Positions 23,549 through 38,952 of a stretch of DNA of 63,312 nt are shown piece after piece. The DNA is taken from assembly GCA_028277205.1 (NCBI GenBank), contig JANQGT010000032.1:1-63312 (forward strand), given 5' to 3'. Each line of letters starts with the position of its first letter. Position 1 is the stretch's first letter. The position numbers and the translations under genes are program-made. Origin of the DNA: Candidatus Altimarinota bacterium. GTDB taxonomy: Bacteria > Patescibacteriota > Gracilibacteria > BD1-5 > UBA2023. The notes beneath the pieces are model-generated. The model was not told the origin of the DNA, made no database searches, and saw only the letters and a list, made by a program, of their open reading frames with translations.

Positions 23549-25055
23549 CTTCTGTATCGCGCTTTTCCTGCTTTTTCCGCTGGACGGTGCCCGAGGATAC
23601 GTTGGCGAGGAGCTCGGATTTGATCTGTATCGCACGATCGATATCGGACTGCCCGCCCTCGAAAATCGTCTCATCATCCGACGCCTCGAGTGAAGCGGTG
23701 CAAAAATCAACACGCTGGTCGGACGTGCCTGTCGCGACTATCGGGGAGAGCAGATTTTTTGTCTCATCGAACAAGACTATACCGTGACGGAAATCGAGGC
23801 GATCGCGGACAATCGTCTAAAGCCGATCCTCCTGCGCCTGCGCTCCGAAGCGCTCGATGGATTCAATACGGAGGTGTTTGGCGAAGATATGCTGAATCGC
23901 ATCCGAAAATATATCGACGCTCTCATAGAGGATGCGCGCGCCGAGCGCCGGGGTATCGAAATGTTTGGGACGATCGGACTTTTTACCGATGGAGATATCG
24001 AAAACTCCGGCTATGATCTCATCGACGATCTCGAAAAAATCAATGCCGTTTTGTTTTCCGATGCTCCGGAGTATGACGGCATCTCGAATGCAAATGCCCT
24101 CCATCTCGGCAGCATCCTCGATATCGGAGAGTTTTTTGATGGAGAGGATAATGAGATAGAGGGAATCTTTAGTCGTGACGCGGAGACGCGCTACGAGGGA
24201 GTCTCTCTGTCGGATGCGGTGGTCGATGATACGGTATCCTGCGCGCCCGAGGGAGCATATGATATTGGCGTACTTGACTCCTGAAATATTTTTGATCCGA
24301 CATCCGACTCGGGTGGTTTTGACGGTGTCGCCACGGTAGAGCGCCGATGATCCGAGGGATCGGAGTTTGGGTGATTTCCCACAGGGGGCGACGATTCCTT
24401 TCCCTGCAGTGGCAGTCAGATTTTTTGCATCGAGATCGAGTTTGTCATGTACGATCAGATGCTTTTGGACTATGGGGGTGCAGACGACTCCATCGAGGGC
24501 ATCGTCGATCATACTCTGGAAATCCTCAATGAGTATGCGCCTACGAGCTTTGCGCAAGCACGAATGACAAACAACTTTTTTGAGCTGTCGCTGAAAGATC
24601 TCGATCTACCGTCGATGGTGCATATCGGTGTTGTCGTCAGCCGAAAGACACCGCCGATCCTCAATCTGGAGGCATGACAGGACGAGTCCGAAGAGAATGC
24701 TCGGGAGGCTTCGGACGCATTTGAGGCGACGTTCGAGCGGACATTTCGCATGTATGGACTGGAGTACTCTCGACAAAATATGCTCTCGAATCCGTGCGTC
24801 GACTACGAGCTGACGCTCCTGTATGAGGGGACGACCGAGCGCGAAAACAAGATCCGAAACGAACGCTGCAAGCCCGGATGAACTCAGCATGAGGCATATC
24901 CCGAGATCGAAAGCGAAAAAATGAAAGACGAATACTATCAGCATTTTTCGGGCGATCTCCAGCAGTTTGCTACGAATATGAGCACCCTCGCCGCAAGTAT
25001 CCGGCAGATGATCGGCGTCATAAAATGAGTCAATGAAATCCCAAACACTCGCTAG
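23526..25055 (+). CDS. Secreted acidic hypothetical protein (509 aa)
   Basis: One frame with TGA=Gly; signal-peptide-like MRIRGWRSFCIALFLLFPLDGARG; start overlaps the clpC end. Confidence 0.75.
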
Positions 25056-26400
25056 CATTCTCGTGTTTTGTCTCGCATTTTTTGCGGTACCGGTCGGTGC
25101 CTTTGCGCAGTCCGGTATTCCCGCTTCGCCTGCGCCGACTTCTTCGAGCGAAGATTTTGCCGAAACTGCGGATGGAGGGAGTCGCGCCTGTACACAAGCA
25201 AGCGAGCCGCCGGAAATTATTTCAGAGTATATAGACAATCTGCGATCGACGCTCGCAGTCGTGAGAGCCGCTGCGAATAGGGCGGGTGCCGGATGCGAAC
25301 AGGATCTCTGATTTGAAAGTGCGGACAATAGCATCACAAAGCAATATTCAAAATTTCGATCCGAGCTCGTCTCTGGGGTGAATTCCATATTGAGCTTTCT
25401 CAATTTTGATACGAGCGCTCGATTTTACCTCGATCTCATCCTCGACAGCGAGATCCCGAAATTCGTGCGACGGGACAATCGACTGCTCACGAGACAGCAA
25501 GAAGACATTCATGCAACGCTCGGATATATCTACGCGCGATGCCGCGAAGATGCTCCGCTTTGAGACAATGAAATCGAAGGACTTGATCCCGAGACCTCAC
25601 TCTCGGATGTCGTCCAAAAACTCCTGAAAAATCATATTACTATTCACAATTTTTTTCGCGCCGTCGTCATAAATGACCTGCCCGACGAGACTCCCAGCGA
25701 GCTGCTGCTGGTAGGGTCAGATCAGGAGTTTGTATCGGGGATGCTGGCGGGATACTCGATCGACACGCAAAATCTCTGTCGAGCGGAGAGTGATTTTTTC
25801 GAGCGTATCAGTGAGGCGATCGATCGTATCGGCGAGCTCGGCGGTGAGATCGGAAAAGCAATCGACGACTGGGAAGCGGCATGGGCGATGCTCAATAATG
25901 CGGACGAACTCGTAAAGGCAAAGAGCAATCACGAGCTTCGTCTGTCGATCTCTCTGACCGAGGAGGGAGTCAGTATCGGCGGAAGCGCCGAGCTCGCCGT
26001 GCAAAAATCCGCACGAAGCGAGAGCGCTCCCGAAGCACTCGGAATCGGCGCGCAGCTGCGAAATATCGGACGAAAGATCACGAGCACGCTCGACGTGATA
26101 AAAAATCAATATTTCCGGTGGGAGGACGCGCTGGAGGACCCGGAAAACACGGAGCGCTATCTAAAGCTCGCCGAGGCGCTGCGTCGTGAGGAAGAGTATA
26201 ATGTCCGTATCGTCGAGGACTATCATACGCTCGCGACACTCTTATCGCAGTCTGATGCGACTGTTTCTGAAAATATCTCGGAGCTCGCCGAGATCCACGC
26301 GATACTCATCGAGATCGAGCAGGAGATACAGGAGGCTGTCCCGACATCGCGAAAAGCCTGCGACAGCCAAGCGCAAGGGCTGGGACAGTGCGAGTACTAG
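25033..26400 (+). CDS. Secreted helical hypothetical protein (455 aa)
   Basis: Signal peptide ending AFA-Q; three track ORFs share one frame; paired Cys at both termini. Confidence 0.78.
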
Positions 26401-26474
26401 CCGAGAAATCTTGACGGTCTGCAAATTTCAAAACCGCGGATTTGATTTTTGTATGAAAATTTTCCAAAAAAGAT

Positions 26475-26502
26475 TTGCATTTTCAGAAGAGTTTTTTATA
26501 CT
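26475..26502 (+). promoter_or_regulatory. sigma70 promoter for rpoBC
   Basis: TTGCAT-16 nt-TATACT, about 110 nt upstream of rpoB. Confidence 0.5.
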
Positions 26503-26610
26503 TCTGTCATTCGCGCCGGATGCGATTGTGTTTCGATGTGGGTGTTCGGCGTATGGTCATACTCGATTTTCGCGGACTACTCGCGATCGTTGTCATTATC
26601 TTTTCGCTTC

Positions 26611-29600
26611 ATGTCCACCGTACCGGTGCAAAAAGTCCCCGTCCCTGCGGAGATAGGGGCGCTGTATGCCGTTGAATGACGGTATTTTTTCACGGATGAT
26701 ACATCCATCCTCCAGACGCCCGATCTCATCGAGGTGCAGCGCGACTCGTATCGAGACTTTCTGGATCGTCGTCTGCAGCAGGCGTTTGAGGAGACGTTTC
26801 CCATTCACGACTTTTCGGGAGAAAAGATCGATATCGCTTTTCAGTCGCTTTTGATCGAGGAGCCGAAATTTGACATTTTGGACTGCAAACGCAAAAATCT
26901 CAACTACGAAGCTCCTTTCAAAATCCGGCTCGAAATGCTCAATAAAGAGACCGGCGAGATCAAAGAGCAGGATGTCTACATGGGAGGAATTCCGCTCATG
27001 ACCGAACGCGGAACATTTATCGTCAATGGCGTCGAGCGCGTCATAGTCAATCAGATCATCCGATCGACCGGACTGTTTTTCACACCGGATCAAAAGATTC
27101 CGGGATACTTCGCGATGAAGATGATCCCCCAGCGCGGAAGCTGGCTCGAGATCGAGATCGATCGAAAAGGGTCTATCAATGTCAAAATCGATAAAAAGCG
27201 AAAAATTCCCGTGACGACGCTCCTGCGGGCGTACGGCTACGAGACCGATTCGGATATCGTCGCACTCTTCAAGGATAACAAGGATTTCCTGTCGAAGTAT
27301 ATCGCTCCCACGCTCGAAAAGGATCGCGCGAAAACCCGCATCGACGCGCTGTATACTATCTACAAACTCCTGCGTCCCGGCGATCTGGGGACAGAAGAAC
27401 GAGTCGCAGACCTTTTTGAGACGACGTTTTTCGATACCAAAAAATTTGAGCTCGGATCCGTGGCGCGCATGAAAATGGATCGAAAGCTCGAACGCGAGAG
27501 CGACACTGAGACCGCCATGTTTTTTACAAAGGAGGATATAGCCGCCGGACTCCGATACCTGCTCTCGCTCATGGAGGGCTATGAGGGGTACATGTGGGAT
27601 GATATCGATCATCTGGAAAATCGTCGCATCCGCTCGGTCGGCGAGCTCGTATACGACAAAATCAAAGTCGGACTCGCCCGCATGGAAAAAATCGCAAAAG
27701 ACCGTATGACCGTCGTGGAGCTCGCAGACGCCACTCCCGGATCGTTTATAAATTCGCGACCTATCATCGCCGTACTGCGAGAATTTTTCGGGACGAGCCA
27801 GCTGTCGCAATTCATGGATCAGTCGAATCCCGTCTCGGAGATCGCTCACAAGCGACGCCTGACCGCCATGGGGCCGGGAGGACTGACACGAGAGCGCGCG
27901 AGCTTTGAAGTGCGCGATGTACACCCTACGCAGTACGGACGCATCTGTCCCATCGCTACGCCGGAGTGACCGAATATCGGTCTCGTCCTCCATCTGGCGA
28001 CCTATGCGAAAATCGATACATACGGATTTATCAAAACGCCGTATCGAAAGATCGCCCATACGACGCCAAACGACGGAGCGTCCGCAGTCAATCGCATCGC
28101 CCTCGGAAATATCATGGGAGATGATGGAAGCATCCTCGTAGAGGATAAGGCGTACATCACCCAAAAAGACGCGAAAGAAATCCAGAAAAAAAGCAGCACT
28201 CCAGAGATCACGGTGCGCGGATACCTCACGAATGAATATGAGTACTTCGATGCGTTTCGCGAGCGATTCCTCGTCATCGCGGAGGCAAATACCGAGACCG
28301 ACGAACACGATAATTTTACTACGACCCGTATCGGCGTGCGAAAAAACTCTGAGCCGATCATCGCCTACGTCGGAGAGATCACTCACATTGACGTCTCTCC
28401 AAAGCAAATAATGTCCGAAACGACGGCGCTCATTCCATTTCTAGAGCACGATCACGCCACACGCGCCGAGATGGGTACAAACATGATGCGCCAGGCGGTT
28501 CCTCTGCTGCAGGCGGATGCGCCCGTCGTCGGTACGGGGATGGAGCGTATCATCGGCGAGGGATCGGGATACGTGATCAAGGCGGAGGAAAGCGGAGAAA
28601 TCATCGGCGTCGACGCAAAGCATATTTCCATCCTCTATGCCTCCGGAAAAAAGGCGCTGTACGAGCTCAAAACATTTGAGCGATCAAACCATGATATGAT
28701 CATCCATCAAAAGCCGCGTGTTTCCACCGGAGACACAGTAACGGCGGGACAGGTGCTCGCAGACGGTCAATCCATCGAAAACGGCGAGCTCGCCCTCGGA
28801 AAGAATTTGCGTGTGGCATTCATGTCATGGGAAGGGTATAACTACGAGGATGCCATCATCATCAGCTCGCGTCTGGTAGAGCAGGATGTCTATACCTCCG
28901 TACATATAAACGAGTATATCCTCGACGTACGAGAGACCAAGCTCGGACCCGAAGAAACAACCTACGATATCCCGAATGTCAGTGCCGCAAAGCTGAAAGA
29001 TCTCGACGAGGAAGGAATCGTGCGAATCGGCGCCTATGTCGAAGGATGAGATATCCTCGTCGGAAAAGTAACGCCGAAAGGAGAGATCGAGCTGTCTCCG
29101 GAGGAGCGGCTGTTGCGTGCGATATTCGGAGATAAATCGAAAGATGTCAAAGACTCCTCGCTCGTGCTCCCATCGGGATCAGGTGGAAAGGTCATCCAGA
29201 TCCATGTCCTCAAACGTGAAAACGGTGATAATCTCCCGACCGGCGTTTTCAAACAAGTCAAGGTCTACGTCGCACAAACCCGCAAAATCGAAGTCGGAGA
29301 CAAAATGGCGGGGCGCCACGGAAACAAAGGAATCGTCGCGCGTATCGTGGCACCGGAGGATATGCCTTTCATGGCGGACGGTACGCCGGTGGATATTATT
29401 CTCAATCCGCTGGGTGTCATCTCCCGTATGAATATCGGACAGATCCTGGAGACGCATCTCGGAGCGGTCGCCCATGCCCTCGGTATCAAGATCGCAACGC
29501 CCATCCTCAATGGTATTCACACCGACGAAATCACTCGACTCATGGCGCACTGCGGTATGGACGAGGACGGAAAAGTCCAGCTGTACGACGGAAAAACCGG

Positions 29601-30123
29601 TGAAGCATTCAAGGAGCGTACGATGGTCGGCGTGAAATATATGCTGAAACTCCATCACCTCGTCGAGGATAAAATCCACGCTCGCGCGGTCGGTCCCTAC
29701 TCTATGGTGACGCAGCAACCCCTCTGAGGAAAGGCGCAAAACGGAGGACAGCGACTCGGAGAAATGGAAGTCTGGGCGCTGGAGGGATACGGATCCGCGA
29801 ATATCCTCCAAGAGATGCTCACGATCAAATCGGACGATATCAACGGACGTATCCAGTCCTACGAAGCCATCGTCAAACGATCTGCGATCAGGCGTCCGAA
29901 TATTCCCGAATCATTCAATGTCCTCCTGCGGGAGCTGCAGGCGCTCAATCTCAAGGTCGAACTTTTGGATATTCATGAGCTCGAAATCCTCGAACAAGCA
30001 ATGCTGGAGCGCTACGAGATCCTCGAAAAGCTCGAAGGACAATTTGATCTCGAAACGGAAAATCTCTGAAGTGATGCCCGTGTAGATACCTCGCCGGCAG
30101 CGCAGGTGGAAGGTGACGAATAA
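26611..30123 (+). CDS. rpoB: RNA polymerase beta subunit
   Basis: [17 protein letters not shown](G)[20 protein letters not shown](G)[14 protein letters not shown]; 5 in-frame TGA. Confidence 0.98.
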
Positions 30124-30162
30124 GAAATAGCACCCCTCTTGTATATTTTCTCATTTTTTCCT

Positions 30163-34242
<4,080 letters not shown>

Positions 34243-34252
34243 ATATCGACGT

Positions 34253-34852
34253 ATGAAGCAGAGAAGTGCGATGACATTTTTTGATCGTGTCTCGGATACC
34301 TGTCGTTTTGCCGTGCGATTTTTCCGGCATCCGCGGCGCGTATCGTCGCTGGTCCCCAGCTCGCGGGCATTCGGAGAAAAAATGTTTGAGGGTATCGATG
34401 TCGACAACGCGACATGTATCGTAGAGCTCTGACCCGGTATCGGAAATTTCTGCGATCAGATGTTGGAGCGATTTTCACAGGATGGGACGTGGCTCATGAT
34501 AGAGCTCGATCCCGAGTATGCAAAGCGCCTGCGAAGTAAGTATGCGCATGATCCGAGGGTTCTCGTCGTCGAGGGATCTGCCTGAGATCTGGAGTTGATT
34601 TTAGAGCAGCATGGATATGCCGAGACACCGATAGACGCGATCATCAGCGGACTGCCGACGCCATCGATTCCCCCAGACGAGATGCGATGCATCGTGAGCG
34701 CTCTTCGAAAATACACCAATCAAGCAACAAAATTTCGCATGCTGACCTACATGCCGAATGTGGTACCGAAATACTATGAGGGTCTTCCGCTTCGACGCCT
34801 CTCGAAGACTTGGCGAAATTTTCCGCCTGCGTACGTTTTGGGCGTTCATTAG
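34253..34852 (+). CDS. Class I SAM methyltransferase, PmtA (phospholipid N-methyltransferase)-like
   Basis: FFRHPRRVSSLVPSS, VEL(G)PGIGNF, IISGLP, WRNFPPAYV resemble Sinorhizobium/Agrobacterium-type PmtA. Confidence 0.75.
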
Positions 34853-34875
34853 TGTACCTTATAGACTCGCTACGA

Positions 34876-35760
34876 ATGCGACGTATGGCAATAACAGCAG
34901 TGTGCGCAGTGATCGCGATGGGCGGTGTATTGATCGAAATGCGCTCTACACACGCACAAAATACCACCGAAGAATACGAAGAAACATTCGATGTCGAGCT
35001 CTCGTCCAGCGCATCGGAGGTGGTATTGGGAGAAAGATTTTTCGTGCGAGTCACCATCCGGCAGGATAGTAGCAGTGCAGAGCTTGGGCAATTTTGATCG
35101 GTGGACATACCAGGCATTGATGCATTTGAATTTCTTCGGCGTCATCAGGAGTCGACTTTTCAGTTTCTTTCGGGGACGTCGATCCGCCGTACTATCCACG
35201 AATACGTCCTACTCGCCTCAAATCCGGGCGTCTACGAGCTCGGTCCGGCGATGGCAGAGCATGCAGGACGCTTTGGTATCAGTAATGTCATCACGATCAC
35301 AGTCGTAGATCAGTCCGATCTGCTGCAGCGCGAAAGCACTCAATCGATGCATGCAGACCGGATCGCACACACTCCAAATGTTTGAGCGTTTCCCTGGATT
35401 GTCACGATCTCTGCAGTGCTTGGGTGATTGCTTGTTGTTTTGTTTGCTTTGCTTCTTGCGACACTCGGAAAGCGAAATGTGAATCGACCCACTATCGTCT
35501 CTACAGAGCTGATTTTCCCGTCCCGATCTCCTCTGGATCCGATCACCACAAAGGATGAATTTATCCGAGCGCTCTCGACTCGATACGCCCGAGACGTCTC
35601 CATGCTTTCATTTCGTGAGATTCTTGCGCTTGAAACCTCGCCGGAAAGCCGTACAATGCTTGCCGAGATTTTTGCCTCTATCGAGCGCCAGCGATATGCG
35701 GAGGGCGCGCAGGATCTCGATGATGCGACGCGTGAGCGCATTTGAGACTTTATCCGATAA
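34876..35760 (+). CDS. BatD-like protein (Ig-like domain plus TM)
   Basis: Signal peptide, VVLGERFFVRVTI, YVLLASNPGVYELGPA..SNVITITV, then a TM; directly upstream of moxR. Confidence 0.7.
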
Positions 35761-35772
35761 TAGTCGACCACC

Positions 35773-36759
35773 ATGCGAGAAAAAGACCCCGAAATCATCG
35801 AACGCATCGAGGCGTATCGACAGTCCATGGATCATGTACGACGCGAAATCGCGCGCGTCGTCGTGGGACAGCACCTGCTCATCCGCAGTATCCTCATCGC
35901 CATTCTCGCACGCTGACACATCCTCCTAGAGGGGGTGCCCGGTCTCGGAAAGACTCTGGCGCTCTCGACAGTCGCACGCACGATGGATCTCGATTTTTCC
36001 CGCGTGTCGTTTACGCCCGATCTGCTGCCGTCCGATATCATCGGAGGACAGATATACCACCAGGCAAAGAGTGAATTTTTCACGAAAAAGGGACCGATAT
36101 TTACCAATTTTCTTTTGGCGGACGAGATAAATCGCGCACCCGCAAAAGTGCAGTCGGCGCTTTTGGAGGCGATGCAGGAGCGAAGGGTGACGATCGCGGA
36201 CGAGACGTTTTCACTCTCGGATCCGTTTATGGTGCTCGCTACGCAAAATCCCGTCGAGCAGGATGGGACCTACGCCCTCCCGGAGGCGCAGCAGGATCGC
36301 TTTCTTTTCAAAACGCTCGTCGGCTATCCCACTCGCGAAGAAGAAATCGCCATCATGTCGGAGGGGGATTCGGACTTTCCGAGTGTGGAGCGCGTACTCG
36401 ATCGACAGACGCTCTTGGATATGCAGCGATTTTTGCGCGAACATATCTATATTCACGACTCCATCAGAGAGTACGTCGCGGACATTGTCTTTGCCACGCG
36501 AGGACAGGGAGATGCCGGCATGAGAGTGGCATCGCTCATCCGTCTCGGCGCGTCTCCCCGAGCGGGCATCGCATTTCTATCAGGCGCTCGGGCGCTCGCA
36601 TTTCTGGAGGGACGGGACTACGTCATCCCCGAGGATATCAAAGAGCTCGCTCCCGAAATCCTGCGCCATCGTATCCATCGGTCATTTGATGCGATCGCGG
36701 ATGAGATTTCGATCGAGGAGATCATCGTCCGCGTGCTCGACTCGGTCGTGGTACCGTAG
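35773..36759 (+). CDS. moxR: MoxR-family AAA+ ATPase
   Basis: (G)[54 protein letters not shown]. Confidence 0.93.
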
Positions 36760-36779
36760 TGTTTTTGTCATTTCGTGAT

Positions 36780-37859
36780 ATGAAATTCGAACTTGATTCT
36801 CTCATCGAAGAGCTCGCAGAGTGCGAGCACAAACTCAACGACTCGGAAATATACTCCGATCCTCCTCGCCTGCGGGATCTCATGCGTCGAAAAAAACGCC
36901 TCGATGAGATCGTCGGACTGTACGTGGAGTATAGACGTCTGCATGAAACCGTCGACGAAGATAAGGCTCTCATAGAGACCGAGTCGGACACCGAGATCAT
37001 CGCCATGGCTCGCGAAGAGCTGGAGTCAGCGCGTGCTCGCATCACCGAGCTCGAAGAAGCGCTGAAGATCGCTCTGCTCCCAAAAGATGAGAATGACGAT
37101 AAAAACATCATCATGGAAATCCGAGCGGGCGCAGGAGGAGAGGAGGCGTCTCTCTTTGCGGCGGAGCTGTCCCGTGCCTATACGATTTACGCGGAGGAAA
37201 ATGATTTTTCCGTCGAGATGCTCGACTCTCACGAGAGCGAGTCATGAGGGTATAAAGAAGTTATTTTCAAAATATCGGGTATGGGTGCCTACTCGCACCT
37301 AAAGTACGAGGCGGGTACGCATCGCGTCCAGCGCATTCCCGAGACCGAGAGCAAAGGTCGTGTGCACACGAGCACCATCACCGTCGCCGTCCTCCCCGAA
37401 GTCGAGGATGTAGAGGTGGATATCCGTGAGGAAGATCTGGAGATCACCGTCGCGCGCGCGAGCGGAGCGGGCGGTCAGCATGTCAATAAAACCAACTCCG
37501 CCGTGCGAATGGTGCATACGCCGACGGGCGTCGTCGTCGAGTGTCAGGATGGGCGCAGTCAGCTGCAAAACAAGCAAAAGGCGCTTCTCATCCTGAAGTC
37601 GCGCGTATACGCCATGGAGCAGGAAAAGCGCGATCGCGAGCTCGGAGCGTCGCGTCTGGCTCAGGTGGGGACGGGTGATCGCAGCGAGAAAATTCGCACG
37701 TACAATTTTCCGCAGGATCGCGTGACGGATCACCGTATCGGACAAAATTTTTCAAATATTCCGGGTATCATGGCAGGGAGACTCTGACCCATCATCGAAG
37801 CCCTCGCTATCGCCGATCAGACGGAAAAACTGGAACGCGCGGCAAAATGAGCAGAATAA
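36780..37859 (+). CDS. prfA: Peptide chain release factor 1
   Basis: PET (PxT) anticodon motif, [24 protein letters not shown]; contains three in-frame TGA. Confidence 0.96.
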
Positions 37860-37878
37860 ATGCGCGACGAGAAAGACG

Positions 37879-37908
37879 AAAACAACCCTCGCAAGAGGGC
37901 TGTTTTTT
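37879..37908. terminator. Bidirectional intrinsic terminator
   Basis: AAAACAACCCTC-GCAA-GAGGGCTGTTTTTT between convergent genes. Confidence 0.8.
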
Positions 37909-37932
37909 ACAGTGAGAGTTTTCTGACTGTCT

Positions 37933-38850
37933 CTAAAATGATCCTGAAATCGTATAAGTGGTCGTCATATTGTAGGATCCTGCGGGTGTCGTCGCAGAGA
38001 TACCTCCGGAGTATTTCACGTCGACGGTCGCACTGTCTACAGGAGCATTATGCGATGCGATTTCCTGAGCTGATCCGGAGACTGCTGTCGATGCAGTCGT
38101 ACCGTCAAATCCTGCAGCAGCCGAGCCTGTAGATACCGCGCTGACATAGAGTCCGAATCCGGGAGTCCCGGGAGTCCCGAGCGCATTTCGCGATGCGAGC
38201 GGCATGTCTGTGGCATCCGAGCTGGCGGCAGAAGCACTGAGGCTGTACCCGCCGACGGCATTCGTAGTGATCGTGACCGTCGATCCGCCGGTACTGTCGA
38301 CGACTGCCGATGACGAGAGCGTACCGAGGTCGGCGTTTGTCGTCGAGATATTCATAGCGAGGGTCGGTACGACGGTAGCCGTGACGATGACCTGGCTTGC
38401 CGTGCCATAGTTTATCATCGCGGCTCCGGTATTTCCCTGGCTGTCCGAATAGCTGAATACATAGGCGGTATTGTCAGCGAGTGCCGAGTTGAACGTGAGG
38501 CTGATATCATCCCCATCCGCCGGATCTCCCGTGACAGACGAGACGATCATGATACCGTCCGAGGGATTTGAGTCAGAGAGTGTTTGTGTATTTGAGCCGA
38601 TGTCAAATGTATCGACATTGTTTCCCGAGAGATCGACTACAGCACCGGTAGCATCGCGAAGTACGAGCGTGACACTGTCGGATGTCGCGAGATCGACCCC
38701 TGCCGGAAGCTCGACAGTGATGGTGGTACGATCGTCGCCGCTATCCGTGACGGCGATATTCACAGCCATTGCCGTCGGCACGACGAGCGTGGATGCGACG
38801 ATCGCGAGTCCCGACAGCCCCGCGAGAGCCGAGCGAAATGATGCGCGCAT
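37933..38850 (-). CDS. Secreted Ser/Thr-rich beta-sandwich surface protein (WxL/fimbrial-subunit-like C-terminus)
   Basis: Signal peptide ending AMA; TVTITTNAVGGYSLS and AGSYNMTTTYTISGSF terminus. Confidence 0.7.
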   Translation of the reverse strand: MRASFRSALAGLSGLAIVASTLVVPTAMAVNIAVTDSGDDRTTITVELPAGVDLATSDSVTLVLRDATGAVVDLSGNNVDTFDIGSNTQTLSDSNPSDGIMIVSSVTGDPADGDDISLTFNSALADNTAYVFSYSDSQGNTGAAMINYGTASQVIVTATVVPTLAMNISTTNADLGTLSSSAVVDSTGGSTVTITTNAVGGYSLSASAASSDATDMPLASRNALGTPGTPGFGLYVSAVSTGSAAAGFDGTTASTAVSGSAQEIASHNAPVDSATVDVKYSGGISATTPAGSYNMTTTYTISGSF

Positions 38851-38952
38851 AGGAAAAAAGTGAAAAAGTGAGAAAGAACCACATAAAGAACGTGACCTCC
38901 CAAAGAAGAAGCAAGGCGCTTTTCGGAGGATCACTTTCATTATCGGTTTTCT

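Noticed and set aside
20930..28407. Long antisense ORFs (559 aa opposite clpC, 603 aa opposite rpoB) and similar shadows
   Set aside because: They mirror well-conserved genes, have no motifs, and are expected from the codon bias.
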